Assembly (NCBI GenBank): GCA_036401195.1
Contig: DASWVQ010000274.1
Coordinates: 14-64,013, forward strand
Source of the DNA: Gemmatimonadaceae bacterium
GTDB lineage: Bacteria; Gemmatimonadota; Gemmatimonadetes; Gemmatimonadales; Gemmatimonadaceae
Direction: 5' to 3'
Length of the DNA: 64,000 nucleotides
This document shows, one piece after another, positions 19,153 to 27,941 of the stretch. A model generated the notes under the pieces. It was given only the letters and a program-made list of their open reading frames with translations. It was not told where the DNA came from and did not search any database. A program made the translations under genes and the position numbers. The stretch's first letter is position 1. Every line of letters begins with the position of its first letter.

Positions 19153-20061
19153 TTACGGCGCGTCGCTCCTCGCCAGGGCCGCGGGGGCACGGGCGCGACC
19201 ACCCAGGCCGCCGAGCGCCGCGAGCGTGAGCACGTAGGGGAGGACGAGGAAGAGCTGGTACGGCACCGCCCATCCCGCCGCCTGGAAGAGATACTGGAGG
19301 GCGCTCGCTCCGCCGAACAGCAGCGCGGCCAGCGCCACCCCCACGGGGTGCCACCGCCCCAGCACCACGATCGCGATGGCGATGAAGCCCCGCCCCGCCG
19401 ACATCCCCTCGGCGAAGGTCCCCGCCTGCGCGAGCACCAGCGTCGCGCCGGCCAGCCCGCCGAGGACCCCGCCCACGACGATCGCCCCGAGCCGCCAGCG
19501 ACCCGTGGCGATCCCCGCGGCCCGCGCCGCCTCCGGTGCCTCCCCGATCGCCCGGAGCGCGAGCCCCGCCTGCGTGCGATGGCTCCACCACCACGCGAGC
19601 GGCACCAGCAGGTACGCCAGGTAGGTGGGCCACGGCTGGGCGAACAGCGCCCGGCCCACCAGGGGGAGCGCCGAGAGCACCGGCACCGGCAGCACCCCGC
19701 TGGTGGGAATCGCGAGCGCCGCGCCCTGCTCGAACAGCGCGCGATACAGCGCGCCGGTGAGCCCGGTGGCGGCGAGCGTCACCGCCGTGCCGGTCACGAT
19801 CTGGTCGGCGCGCAGGCGCAGCACGAAGAAGGCGAACAGCAGCGCCATCGCCCCGCCCGCGGCCGCACCCGCGGCGTAGCCGCCCAGGGTCCCCGCGATC
19901 GTGGCCCCCGCGAACGCGCCGAAGGCGCCCGCGAGGATCGCCCCCTCCAGCCCGATGTTGATCACCCCCGCCCGTTCCACCAGCAGCTCACCCAGCGCCG
20001 CCAGGGCGAGCGGCGTTGCCGTGCGCACCGTGGCCTCGAGGAACGACGACGCGACGCTCAC
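19153..20061 (-). CDS. ABC transporter permease (BMP/simple-sugar family), subunit 2
   Basis: 302 aa, RbsC/YufQ-like (VINIGLEGAILAGAF...). The GTG start overlaps the upstream stop (GTGA). Confidence 0.88.
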   Translation of the reverse strand: MSVASSFLEATVRTATPLALAALGELLVERAGVINIGLEGAILAGAFGAFAGATIAGTLGGYAAGAAAGGAMALLFAFFVLRLRADQIVTGTAVTLAATGLTGALYRALFEQGAALAIPTSGVLPVPVLSALPLVGRALFAQPWPTYLAYLLVPLAWWWSHRTQAGLALRAIGEAPEAARAAGIATGRWRLGAIVVGGVLGGLAGATLVLAQAGTFAEGMSAGRGFIAIAIVVLGRWHPVGVALAALLFGGASALQYLFQAAGWAVPYQLFLVLPYVLTLAALGGLGGRARAPAALARSDAP

Positions 20062-21122
20062 GTGCCCGACGCCCCGCGCGCGTGACGCGTGCGCTCCGCC
20101 GCGAGCACGGCGAGGATGATGAGCGCTTCGACCACCGACACGATCACCGAGGGCACGCCCGCGTCGCGCTGCATCGCGGCCGCTCCCGCCTCCAGCGCCC
20201 CGAAGAGCAGGGCGGCGGCGATCACGCCCAGCGGATGGAGCCGCGCGATGAGCGCCACCGCGATCGCCGTGTACCCGTACCCCGGCGACAGCGTCTCGTA
20301 GAGCGCGAAGGTCACGCCCGTCACCTCGATCGCGCCCGCGAGCCCGGCGAGCGCACCGCTCGCGAGCAGCGCCCGCATCGTGACCCGCGCCACGTCGATC
20401 CCCCCGGCCACCCGCGCCGCGTCCGGGCTCGACCCCACGGCGCGCAGGCGGAACCCGGCGGCGGTGTGGCGCAGCACGAACCAGCAGCCGCCGGCCGCCA
20501 GGAGCGCGAGCACGAGCCCCCAGTGCAGCCGCGTGGCGGGGAGGAGCCGCGGCAGCTGCGCCACCGGGGCGAGCGTCGCCGTCTGCGGGTACACCCGCGT
20601 GGGTTCCTGCAGCGGCCCGCGCACGAGGAATCCCACCACGTGCAGCGCCACGAAGTTCAGCATGATCGTGCTGATCACCTCGAGCACGCCGAATCGCCGG
20701 CGCAGCCAGGCGGCGATCCCCGCCCACGCGGCGCCCGCCACCACCCCGGCGCCGAGCGCCACCGGGAGCGCGAGCACTCCCAGTGCCGGGGCGGTGGTGG
20801 CCCCCACCGCCGCCGCGGCGGTCGCGCCCATCAGCAGCTGCCCCTCCGCGCCCACGTTGAACACGCCGGCGCGAAAGGCGACCGCCACGGCGAGCCCCGC
20901 GAGCAGGAGCGGCACGCTGCGCACGAGCGTCGCCGAGGTGACCGCGTACCACGATCCGAAGGCGCCCGACCAGAGCGCGCGGAAGGCGGGAATCACCGGG
21001 AGCCCCGTCGCCGCGAGCAGCCCGGCCATCGCCAGGATCGCCGCCGCCAGCGCGAACACCGGGACGACGAGCGCCCCCCCCCGCCCCCCCCCGCGCGCGG
21101 AGAATGCCGCGGGGGCCGTCAC
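20058..21122 (-). CDS. ABC transporter permease (BMP/simple-sugar family), subunit 1
   Basis: 354 aa, YufP-like (FNVGAEGQLLMGA...). The GTG start overlaps the ATPase stop (GTGA). Confidence 0.85.
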   Translation of the reverse strand: MTAPAAFSARGGGRGGALVVPVFALAAAILAMAGLLAATGLPVIPAFRALWSGAFGSWYAVTSATLVRSVPLLLAGLAVAVAFRAGVFNVGAEGQLLMGATAAAAVGATTAPALGVLALPVALGAGVVAGAAWAGIAAWLRRRFGVLEVISTIMLNFVALHVVGFLVRGPLQEPTRVYPQTATLAPVAQLPRLLPATRLHWGLVLALLAAGGCWFVLRHTAAGFRLRAVGSSPDAARVAGGIDVARVTMRALLASGALAGLAGAIEVTGVTFALYETLSPGYGYTAIAVALIARLHPLGVIAAALLFGALEAGAAAMQRDAGVPSVIVSVVEALIILAVLAAERTRHARGASGT

Positions 21123-22588
21123 GGCGTTCCCGCGAGCATGGCGCGCCCCACCCGCTCGCGCTCGGGCGGCACGTCGATCACCCGCCCGCCGTGCACCACC
21201 ACCACGCGCGTCGCCAGCTCGAGCACTTCGTCCAGGTCGCTCGAGTAGAGCACCACCGCCGCGCCGCGCCGCGCCGCGCTGCGCAGGCGCTCGTGCACCG
21301 CGGCGGCGGCACGCACGTCGAGCCCGCGCGTGGGATTCTCCGCCACCACCAGCGGGGGTTCGCCGGAGAGCTCGCGCGCCAGCACCAGCTTCTGCTGGTT
21401 GCCGCCGGAGAGGACATGCGCCGGCGCGGCGGGCCCCCCGGCCCGCACGTCGTACGCGCGCAGGAGCTCGCGCGTGTGCGCGCGCCATCGCGCCCAGCGC
21501 TCGATCCCCCGGCGCGCCCCCGCGCCCCGCAGCGCCACGTTCTCCGTGAGCGTGAGCTCCGGGGCGATGGCGTCCCGCAGCCGGTCCTCGGGGATGAACG
21601 CGACGTCGGGGGGAAGCGCCGCGTGACCGGTCGCGGGCGCCAGCCGGCCGGCCAGGACGCGCAGGAGCGCGTGCTGCCCCGATCCCTCGATCGCCGCCAC
21701 GCCGAGCACCTCCCCTCGTGCCACCGTGAGCGTGGCGTCGCGAAGACCCTGCCGCTCACCGCCGGCGTGTGCGCTCACGTCGTGCAGCGACGCGACAGGC
21801 GCCGGCGCGGCCACGCCGGCCGGCCCCGGGGCGACGCGCGCCGTGGGCGCCTCGGACTGTTCGCGCGCCGCCGACCCGCCGAGCATCGCGGCCGTCACGG
21901 CGCCGAGCGAGAGGTCACGCGCCGGGGCGGCCAGGGTCGTCGCCCCGCGGCGCAGCACGGTCACGTCGTCGGCGACGGCCAGTGCCTCGCGCAACCGGTG
22001 CGTGATCAGGACCGCGGCGTTGCCGCGTGCCACGTACCGCCGCAGCCATCCCTGCAGCTCCGCGGCCTCCGCGGGGGCGAGCACCGCGGTGGGCTCGTCG
22101 AGGATCAGGAGGCGTGCATCGCGCGCGAGCGCCTTGAGGATCTCCAGCCGCTGTTGCGCGCTCACCGGCAGCGACTCCACGGTGGCGGCGGGATCGAGGG
22201 GAAGTCCGGCCTGCCGCGAGAGCTCGCGCACCCGCGCCTCCGCGGCGGCGCGGTCGAATCGCCAGCCGGGGATCGCCCCCCCGCCGAGCACGAGGTTCTC
22301 GGCCACCGTCATCGACGGGACGAGCGAGTAGTGCTGGTGCACCATCCCCATCCCTGCGCGGATCGCGGCCGCTGGCGCGCCGAATCGCACCGGCCGCCCG
22401 TGCAGCTCGATCGTCCCCGCCTCGGCGGCGATCATGCCGAAGGCGATCCGCATCAGCGTGGTCTTGCCCGCCCCGTTCTCGCCGAGCAGCGCGTGCACCG
22501 TGCCCTCGCGGACCGCGAGCGACGCCCCGTCGAGGGCCACCGTGGCGCCGAATCGCCTGCAGATCCCCGTGAGCCGGAGCGCGAACAT
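21119..22588 (-). CDS. ABC transporter ATP-binding protein with duplicated ATPase domains
   Basis: GENGAGKTT Walker A, LSGGNQQK signature in the second half, two NBDs. Start at Met13 of ORF 21119..22624 (22624 also possible). Confidence 0.9.
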   Translation of the reverse strand: MFALRLTGICRRFGATVALDGASLAVREGTVHALLGENGAGKTTLMRIAFGMIAAEAGTIELHGRPVRFGAPAAAIRAGMGMVHQHYSLVPSMTVAENLVLGGGAIPGWRFDRAAAEARVRELSRQAGLPLDPAATVESLPVSAQQRLEILKALARDARLLILDEPTAVLAPAEAAELQGWLRRYVARGNAAVLITHRLREALAVADDVTVLRRGATTLAAPARDLSLGAVTAAMLGGSAAREQSEAPTARVAPGPAGVAAPAPVASLHDVSAHAGGERQGLRDATLTVARGEVLGVAAIEGSGQHALLRVLAGRLAPATGHAALPPDVAFIPEDRLRDAIAPELTLTENVALRGAGARRGIERWARWRAHTRELLRAYDVRAGGPAAPAHVLSGGNQQKLVLARELSGEPPLVVAENPTRGLDVRAAAAVHERLRSAARRGAAVVLYSSDLDEVLELATRVVVVHGGRVIDVPPERERVGRAMLAGTP

Positions 22589-22642
22589 GCGCGGTAGATA
22601 CACGCCGGGGCGCGGCTCCGCCACCGCCGTGCAGGCCGCCCC

Positions 22643-23500
22643 TCAGCGGCGGCAGTCCCCGCCGGGGGGCGCGGGGAGTGCCGTCGTCGTCCATACCGGC
22701 ACATGGTCGCTCGCCCGCCGGTTGTCGCGCACGGTCCCCGCCGCGAGGGGGAGGAGCCCCTTCACGAAGAGGTGGTCCCATCGGCCGAAGGTCGTGGTGC
22801 GTGGGCCGCTGCGTGTGGGCCAGCGGTAGCCGCGCGCCGTGGCGACGTCACCCACGTCGCCGCTGTTCAGGTCCCCGCCGATGATCACGAGCTCGTACGG
22901 CGACGCGTCGCGCACGATCGCCTCGAGTTGCGCGCGGCGCTGGCGCTGGCCGACGTCGGCGGCGGTCCCCAGGTGCGTGGCGTACGCGCGGATCCGCAGG
23001 CTGCAGACGTCGACCGTGGCCGCGGTCGCGATGCGGTGCGTGCCCGCGTAGCGCGAGGGATGCGGCAGCACGAGTCGCGCGTCGCCGGAGAGCGCCCAGC
23101 GCGCGAGCACCGCGTTGCCGAAGTCGCGGTTCGTGCGACGATGGTGGATCGCGGGGTAATAGACGAACGACATCCCGAGCGCCTCCGCGATGCGACGGGT
23201 GCCGTCGCCGTCCATCTCCTGGAGGAGGATGACGTCGGCCCCGCGCAGCTCGGGCGTGTCGCGGAGCACGGCGATCGCGCTGTCGATCGCGCGCGCGAAG
23301 GCCACGTTGAAGGTCACGACGCGGATCGCCGCCGGGGGCGTGGCCGGCGCGGGCACCGGGGTCACGTGGCTCACCTGCCGCGGCGCGGTGGCCTCGTCGT
23401 AGTCCACGCCGGTGCGGCACGCGCCCGCGACGACCAGCGCCGCCGCGCGGAGGAGCCGGGCGATCCCGGGGATCCCCGAGGGGCGACCGATGCGTGGCAT
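22643..23500 (-). CDS. endonuclease/exonuclease/phosphatase (EEP) family lipoprotein
   Basis: Lipobox LVVAGAC. EEP motifs VVTFNV, ILLQEMD, GGDLN, SDHVPV. Confidence 0.8.
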   Translation of the reverse strand: MPRIGRPSGIPGIARLLRAAALVVAGACRTGVDYDEATAPRQVSHVTPVPAPATPPAAIRVVTFNVAFARAIDSAIAVLRDTPELRGADVILLQEMDGDGTRRIAEALGMSFVYYPAIHHRRTNRDFGNAVLARWALSGDARLVLPHPSRYAGTHRIATAATVDVCSLRIRAYATHLGTAADVGQRQRRAQLEAIVRDASPYELVIIGGDLNSGDVGDVATARGYRWPTRSGPRTTTFGRWDHLFVKGLLPLAAGTVRDNRRASDHVPVWTTTALPAPPGGDCRR

Positions 23501-23516
23501 GGGGGTGGCCAGCGGC

Positions 23517-24293
23517 TCAGAGCCCCGTGGGCGCCTCGATGAAGAACCAGGGGATCCCGAACTCGCGCTCGATGCGCTGCGCGACCGCGCGCACGCCGAG
23601 CGTCTCCGTCGCGTAGTGGCCCGCGTAGATCACCACCAGGCCGTGGTCGGCGGCCTCCACCGCCGTGTGGTGTGGTCCCTCGCCGACGATCAGCGTGTCG
23701 AGGCCGAGCGCGATGGCCTCGCGGATCGAGTCGGACGACGCACCGGCCCCGGTGCAGATCCCCCACCGGCGGGTGCGCTGCTCCGCGGCGTGCGCCGTGG
23801 CCACGACGTCGCCCTGGTGCGCGCGGGCGAACGCGCGGGCGCGCTCGACCAGGGTGGCGGTGGGCAGGTCGCACTCCCCCCGGACCCCCACGTCGATCGC
23901 CTGGAAGCGCGCGAACCCCGCCGTGGGGCGCAGCCCCAGCGCCTCGGCGAGCAGCGCGTTGTTCCCCAGCTCCGGATGCACGTCGAGCGGCAGGTGCGAG
24001 GCGTACACCGCGACGTCGTGCTCGAGGAGCACGCGGAGCCGGTCGTACGCCGGTCCCACGATCGGCCGCGCGCCCCCCCAGAACATCCCGTGGTGCACGA
24101 GGAGGAGGTTCGCGCCGCGTGCCGCCGCTTCCTGCGCGGTCCGCGCGGAAAAGTCGACCGCCGTCGCCACCCGCGTCACCGGCCCCTGGTGCGCGAGCTG
24201 CACCCCGTTCTGCGCGGGAGGATAGTCGGGCACCTCGCGGGTGCGGAGCAGCGCGTCGAGCCAGGCCGCCAGCTCGGGGAGGGGGATCGCCAT
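23517..24293 (-). CDS. Nif3-like dinuclear metal centre protein (GTP cyclohydrolase I type 2 family)
   Basis: 258 aa: LLLVHHGMFW, YASHLPLDVHPELGNN, GHYATE motifs. Its ATG overlaps the BMP gene stop. Confidence 0.85.
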   Translation of the reverse strand: MAIPLPELAAWLDALLRTREVPDYPPAQNGVQLAHQGPVTRVATAVDFSARTAQEAAARGANLLLVHHGMFWGGARPIVGPAYDRLRVLLEHDVAVYASHLPLDVHPELGNNALLAEALGLRPTAGFARFQAIDVGVRGECDLPTATLVERARAFARAHQGDVVATAHAAEQRTRRWGICTGAGASSDSIREAIALGLDTLIVGEGPHHTAVEAADHGLVVIYAGHYATETLGVRAVAQRIEREFGIPWFFIEAPTGL

Positions 24294-25333
24294 CAGGGCA
24301 GCGGCGTGAAGGTGCCCGCCTTGAGCCGCGCGTTCACCGAGTCGACGGCGACGAGCGTCGCCGCGGGGATCTTCCCCCGCAGCGCCTCGTTCAGCTCGAG
24401 CCGCACCACGTCCTGGCTCGTGCCGAGGTCGATCACCCGCGGCCGGAAGCTCCCCGACTTCACCTCGCGCGCCACCGTGAGGAAGGCGTGCGGGAGGTCG
24501 ATGACCACGCTCCCGAGGGTCACCTCCGGGGCGACCGCGTTCTGGTTCGAGTTGGAACCGAACACCCACACCGTGCCGCGCTCCTTCGCCGCCTGGAAGA
24601 CGCCGAGCCCCGCGGCGTCGGCGTTCTGGAAGATCACGTCCGCCCCCGCCGCGACCTGCGCGATCGCCTGCTCCTTTCCCGCGCTCACGTCGTCCCAGTT
24701 CCCCACGTAGGCGGTGAGCACCTTCACCCGCGGGTTCACCGAGCGCGCCCCCGCCTCGAAGGCGCGGAAGCTCTCCTGCACCGGCGGGAGCTGCGTGCCG
24801 CCGATGCACCCGATCGTGCTGGAGCGGGTCATCGCCCCGGCGATCATCCCCGCCAGGTACGAGGCGTCGGCGAAGGAGAAGTGGATCCCCGCCACGTTGC
24901 TTCCGGTGGCGGTGGCGCTGGTGACCACGTAGGTCGTCTTCGGGAACTCCGGCCCCACGCGCCGGGCCGCGTCCTGGAACTCGAATCCGTGTCCGAACAC
25001 GAGATCGTATCCCTGCGCGCCGTACTGCCGGAAGTTCTCCTCGAACTCCGCGGGGGTCTTCGTCTGGATGTGCGACACCTCCGCCTGGAGGGAGTCGCGG
25101 ACGCGCATCAGCCCCTCGTAGGCGCCCGCGTTCCATGACTTGTCGGAGATCGGGCCCGGGGTGAGCAGGGCGACGCGGAATGCCCGCCCATCGCCCGCCG
25201 CTCCGCCGTTCGAGGAGTCGGCCGCCGGCTTACCCCCTCCGGAGCAGGCGGCAGCGACTGCGAAAACGCTTGCCGCCACAGCTGTGGACAAGTGTCTAAC
25301 AACTTGACGACGAAGTAGCGTAATAGCTTGCAT
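24293..25333 (-). CDS. BMP-family ABC substrate-binding lipoprotein (PnrA/Med-like, nucleoside-type)
   Basis: Signal/lipobox AVAAAC, then VALLTPGPISDKSWN and IGGTQLPPV motifs. Start at Met13 of ORF 24293..25369, with AT-rich 5' codons. Confidence 0.85.
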   Translation of the reverse strand: MQAITLLRRQVVRHLSTAVAASVFAVAAACSGGGKPAADSSNGGAAGDGRAFRVALLTPGPISDKSWNAGAYEGLMRVRDSLQAEVSHIQTKTPAEFEENFRQYGAQGYDLVFGHGFEFQDAARRVGPEFPKTTYVVTSATATGSNVAGIHFSFADASYLAGMIAGAMTRSSTIGCIGGTQLPPVQESFRAFEAGARSVNPRVKVLTAYVGNWDDVSAGKEQAIAQVAAGADVIFQNADAAGLGVFQAAKERGTVWVFGSNSNQNAVAPEVTLGSVVIDLPHAFLTVAREVKSGSFRPRVIDLGTSQDVVRLELNEALRGKIPAATLVAVDSVNARLKAGTFTPLP

Positions 25334-25474
25334 CACCGGCACTTGCGTGGTTGTTGATAATGTGTGCAAATCGCCACTTTATAGTAGCGGCCGCCGTCCT
25401 GCCCTGCGTTCGTGCCTTCCGACCGCCGCCCTGCCGCGATGCCCCGCCGAAGGTGCCGTCACCCTGTCGCGGGA

Positions 25475-26431
25475 TCAGTCGGCGAAGTCTCCCGCCTTGT
25501 CTCCCATGATCAGTTCGAGCAGCCGCTCCAGGTCGTCGCTCGAGTAGAACGCCACCTTGATCGATCCCTTTTCGCCGCCCGTCAGCTGCAGCGACACGTC
25601 GGTCTGGAGGTGCCGCCGGAGGCGGTCCTCGAGGTTCCGCAGGTGCGGGCTGAGCGCGGGCGCCGGGGTCGGGGCCGACGGGGGGGCGGGCGACGTGGGC
25701 TTCGTGGCACCGGTCGCCGCGGGCAGGATCCCCTTCTCCTCGCGCACCCGGCGCTCCAGCTCGCGCACGCTCATTCCCAGCGCGACCGCCTGGTTCGCCA
25801 GCTCGAGGATCGCCTTCTCCTCGTCGAGCGCGAGCAGTGCGCGCGCGTGGCCGGTGGTGATCAGTCCCTGCCCCAGCATGCCGCGCACCTTTTCCGGCAG
25901 GGTGAGCAGCCGCAGCATGTGCACGACCGTGGTGCGGTCCTTCCCCACCACGTCGGCCACCTGCTGCTGCGTCAGGCCGAATTCGTCGACGAGCCGCTTG
26001 TACCCCTCGGCTTCTTCCAGCGGGTTGAGGTCGGCGCGCTGGAGGTTCTCGACGAGGGCGAGGGTGAGGAGGGTGGTGTCGTCCACCTCGCGCACGATCG
26101 CCGGGATCTCGCTCCAGCCCAGGTTGGTGGCAGCGCGGAAGCGGCGCTCGCCGGCGATCAGCTCATACCCGCGGCCCGCCTTGCGGAGCGTGATGGGCTG
26201 CAGGAGTCCGCTCGCCTTGAGGGATGCCTCGAGGTCGGCGAGGTCCTCGGCGCGGAACTCCTTGCGCGGCTGGTACGGGTTGGGTCGGATGGCGTCGATG
26301 GCGATCCGCTGGACCTGCTCCCCGGGTTGCTGCGGGACGCCGGTGGTGGCGGCGGGGGCCTGGGCGTTGGCGGCGGCGCCGAGGAGCGCCTCGAGACCCC
26401 TGCCGAGCCGTCGGGGCTTGTCAGCGCTCAT
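25475..26431 (-). CDS. parB: chromosome partitioning protein ParB/Spo0J
   Basis: RRLGRGLEALLG, NPYQPRKEF, GLLQPITLR, ELIAGERRFRAA motifs. Confidence 0.95.
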   Translation of the reverse strand: MSADKPRRLGRGLEALLGAAANAQAPAATTGVPQQPGEQVQRIAIDAIRPNPYQPRKEFRAEDLADLEASLKASGLLQPITLRKAGRGYELIAGERRFRAATNLGWSEIPAIVREVDDTTLLTLALVENLQRADLNPLEEAEGYKRLVDEFGLTQQQVADVVGKDRTTVVHMLRLLTLPEKVRGMLGQGLITTGHARALLALDEEKAILELANQAVALGMSVRELERRVREEKGILPAATGATKPTSPAPPSAPTPAPALSPHLRNLEDRLRRHLQTDVSLQLTGGEKGSIKVAFYSSDDLERLLELIMGDKAGDFAD

Positions 26432-26434
26432 GGA

Positions 26435-27265
26435 TCAATCGGAGGGAGCGGCGGTGGCGATGGAACCCGGGGCGTTGGCGCCGGAGGGGCTGGGTCGTTC
26501 GTGGCGGTCGAGGAGCTCGCGGGCGACGCTCATGTAGGCCTGCGCGCCGACGGAGGCGACGTCGTAGAGGATGATCGGCTTGCCGAAGGAGGGGGCCTCC
26601 GCCAAACGGATGTTTCTCGGAACGACGGTCTGGAAGACCTTGTCGGCGAAGTACTCGCGGGCCTCGGCGGCGACCTGGCGGGAGAGGTTCAGGCGGGCGT
26701 CGTACATGGTGAGGAGCACGCCGTCGATCGAGAGCCCGGCGTTCACGCTCTGCTGCACCATGTGCACGGTATTGAGCAGCTGCGAGATCCCCTCGAGGGC
26801 GTAGTACTCGCACTGGAGGGGGATGAGCAGCGCGTCGGCCGCCGCCAGCATGTTGAGGGTGATCAGCCCGAGGGAGGGGGGGCAGTCGATGAGGATGTAG
26901 TCGTACTCCCCGCGCAGCGGCTCGAGGGCATTGCGCATGGCCCGCTCGCGCTGGTCCATCCCCACGAGCTCCACCTCCGCGCCGGCGAGGTCGGGGGTGG
27001 CGGGGAGGACGTCGAGGTGGCGGAACTGGACGCTCCGGATGCGCGCCTCGGTGGCGGGCGTCTCGCCGATGAGGACTTCATAGACGGTGCTCGCCAGCTC
27101 CTCGCGGTTCAGGCCGATGCCGCTGGTGGCGTTCCCCTGGGGGTCGCCGTCCACGAGGAGGGTGCGCTGCTCCGCGACCGCGAGTGAGGCGGCGAGGTTC
27201 ACGGCGGTGGTCGTCTTTCCGACGCCACCCTTCTGGTTCGCAATCGCGATGATGCGGGCGGGCAC
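26435..27265 (-). CDS. parA: chromosome partitioning ATPase ParA/Soj
   Basis: IIAIANQKGGVGKTTTAVNLA deviant Walker A. Start placed at GTG 27265 (VPARIIAI); the longest ORF starts at GTG 27322. Confidence 0.93.
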   Translation of the reverse strand: MPARIIAIANQKGGVGKTTTAVNLAASLAVAEQRTLLVDGDPQGNATSGIGLNREELASTVYEVLIGETPATEARIRSVQFRHLDVLPATPDLAGAEVELVGMDQRERAMRNALEPLRGEYDYILIDCPPSLGLITLNMLAAADALLIPLQCEYYALEGISQLLNTVHMVQQSVNAGLSIDGVLLTMYDARLNLSRQVAAEAREYFADKVFQTVVPRNIRLAEAPSFGKPIILYDVASVGAQAYMSVARELLDRHERPSPSGANAPGSIATAAPSD

Positions 27266-27515
27266 GGCAACTCGGCTTGAGGTAGGCGGAAGTATAGCGC
27301 TGCCCCCGACTCCGCGCGCCACCTGATCGTTCCCGGCCCGCCCGATTCACGCTCCCCGGACCCCGATGGCGCTGCCCCAGCCATCGCGCGCCTCGTGGAC
27401 GCGGTCCTCCCGCCCGGTGTTACCGGAAGCCTGCGCCTCGGGGGCTCCGCCCTTCAGGCGTGGTGGTCAGGGGATGCAATGCCGTGCTGCGGGACGGTTC
27501 CCCTCCCCCCCGGGT

Positions 27516-27559
27516 CCTTGCCGTTTCCGATCGATCCGCTCGATCTGCTTGATCGTCGG
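27516..27559 (+). repeat. 44-nt repeat R1 (three tandem 9-mers, consensus CCGCTCGAT)
   Basis: ccttgccgtttccgatcgatccgctcgatctgcttgatcgtcgg; 39/44 identical to R2; contains four GATC. Confidence 0.85.
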
Positions 27560-27620
27560 TGCCCACGGTCCCGGGAGGAGTCGCGAGGGCGGGGCTCGTC
27601 GCGCAGGCACAGCTGCACCC

Positions 27621-27658
27621 CCGACGAAGCGGATTGAGCGGGTCGAGCGGAAACGTCC
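27621..27658 (-). repeat. inverted copy R3 of the R1/R2 repeat
   Basis: The reverse complement ggacgtttccgctcgacccgctcaatccgcttcgtcgg aligns with R2 at 32/38 positions with one 3-nt gap. Confidence 0.8.
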
Positions 27659-27691
27659 ATCCCTGCGAGAGGGAACCACCATTACGTCCGG

Positions 27692-27735
27692 CCCTGCCGT
27701 TTCCGCTCCATCCGCTCGATCCGCTCGATCGTCGG
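27692..27735 (+). repeat. 44-nt repeat R2
   Basis: ccctgccgtttccgctccatccgctcgatccgctcgatcgtcgg. Confidence 0.85.
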
Positions 27736-27827
27736 TTCTTCTGGTCCGGCGCCGGGACCCTGAACCCTCGCCATCCCATGCGCCGCGCCAGCTCAGCCGG
27801 CTTCGGGATTGCGAGCAAGCCCAATTG

Positions 27828-27874
27828 GGTGGAAAAGCTGTGGACAACTGTGCCACGTGGCACACTTACCCACA
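27828..27874. other. cluster of three DnaA-box-like 9-mers
   Basis: TTTTCCACC (rc of 27828-27836), TTGTCCACA (rc of 27839-27847; matches the high-GC consensus) and TTACCCACA (27866-27874). Confidence 0.45.
27849..27864. other. parS-like perfect 16-bp palindrome
   Basis: TGTGCCACGTGGCACA versus canonical TGTTNCACGTGAAACA (13/16, symmetric substitutions). Lies about 585 bp upstream of parA. Confidence 0.45.
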
Positions 27875-27883
27875 AACAAGCGA

Positions 27884-27908
27884 GCCCGGCGTAAAGAAAA
27901 CGCCGGGC
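27884..27908 (-). terminator. hairpin after the SIMPL-domain gene
   Basis: gcccggcg/cgccgggc stem with a 9-nt loop, followed on the minus strand by tcgcttgtttgtg. Confidence 0.45.
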
Positions 27909-27941
27909 CCGCTGCCTTGCCTGCTCTCTCGATGCCAGCGC

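Noticed and set aside
27516-27735. CRISPR array interpretation of the 9-nt and 44-nt repeats.
   Set aside because: The units are too short or contiguous (no spacers) for the 9-mers. There are only three 44-nt copies, one of them inverted, and no cas genes in the window.
27330-27940. Possibility that the structured gap encodes SRP RNA, 6S RNA, tmRNA or a riboswitch.
   Set aside because: I found no conserved signature: no GGAAGCAGCC-type SRP domain IV, no tRNA-like acceptor/T-arm with CCA, and no known riboswitch core. It remains unassigned rather than identified.
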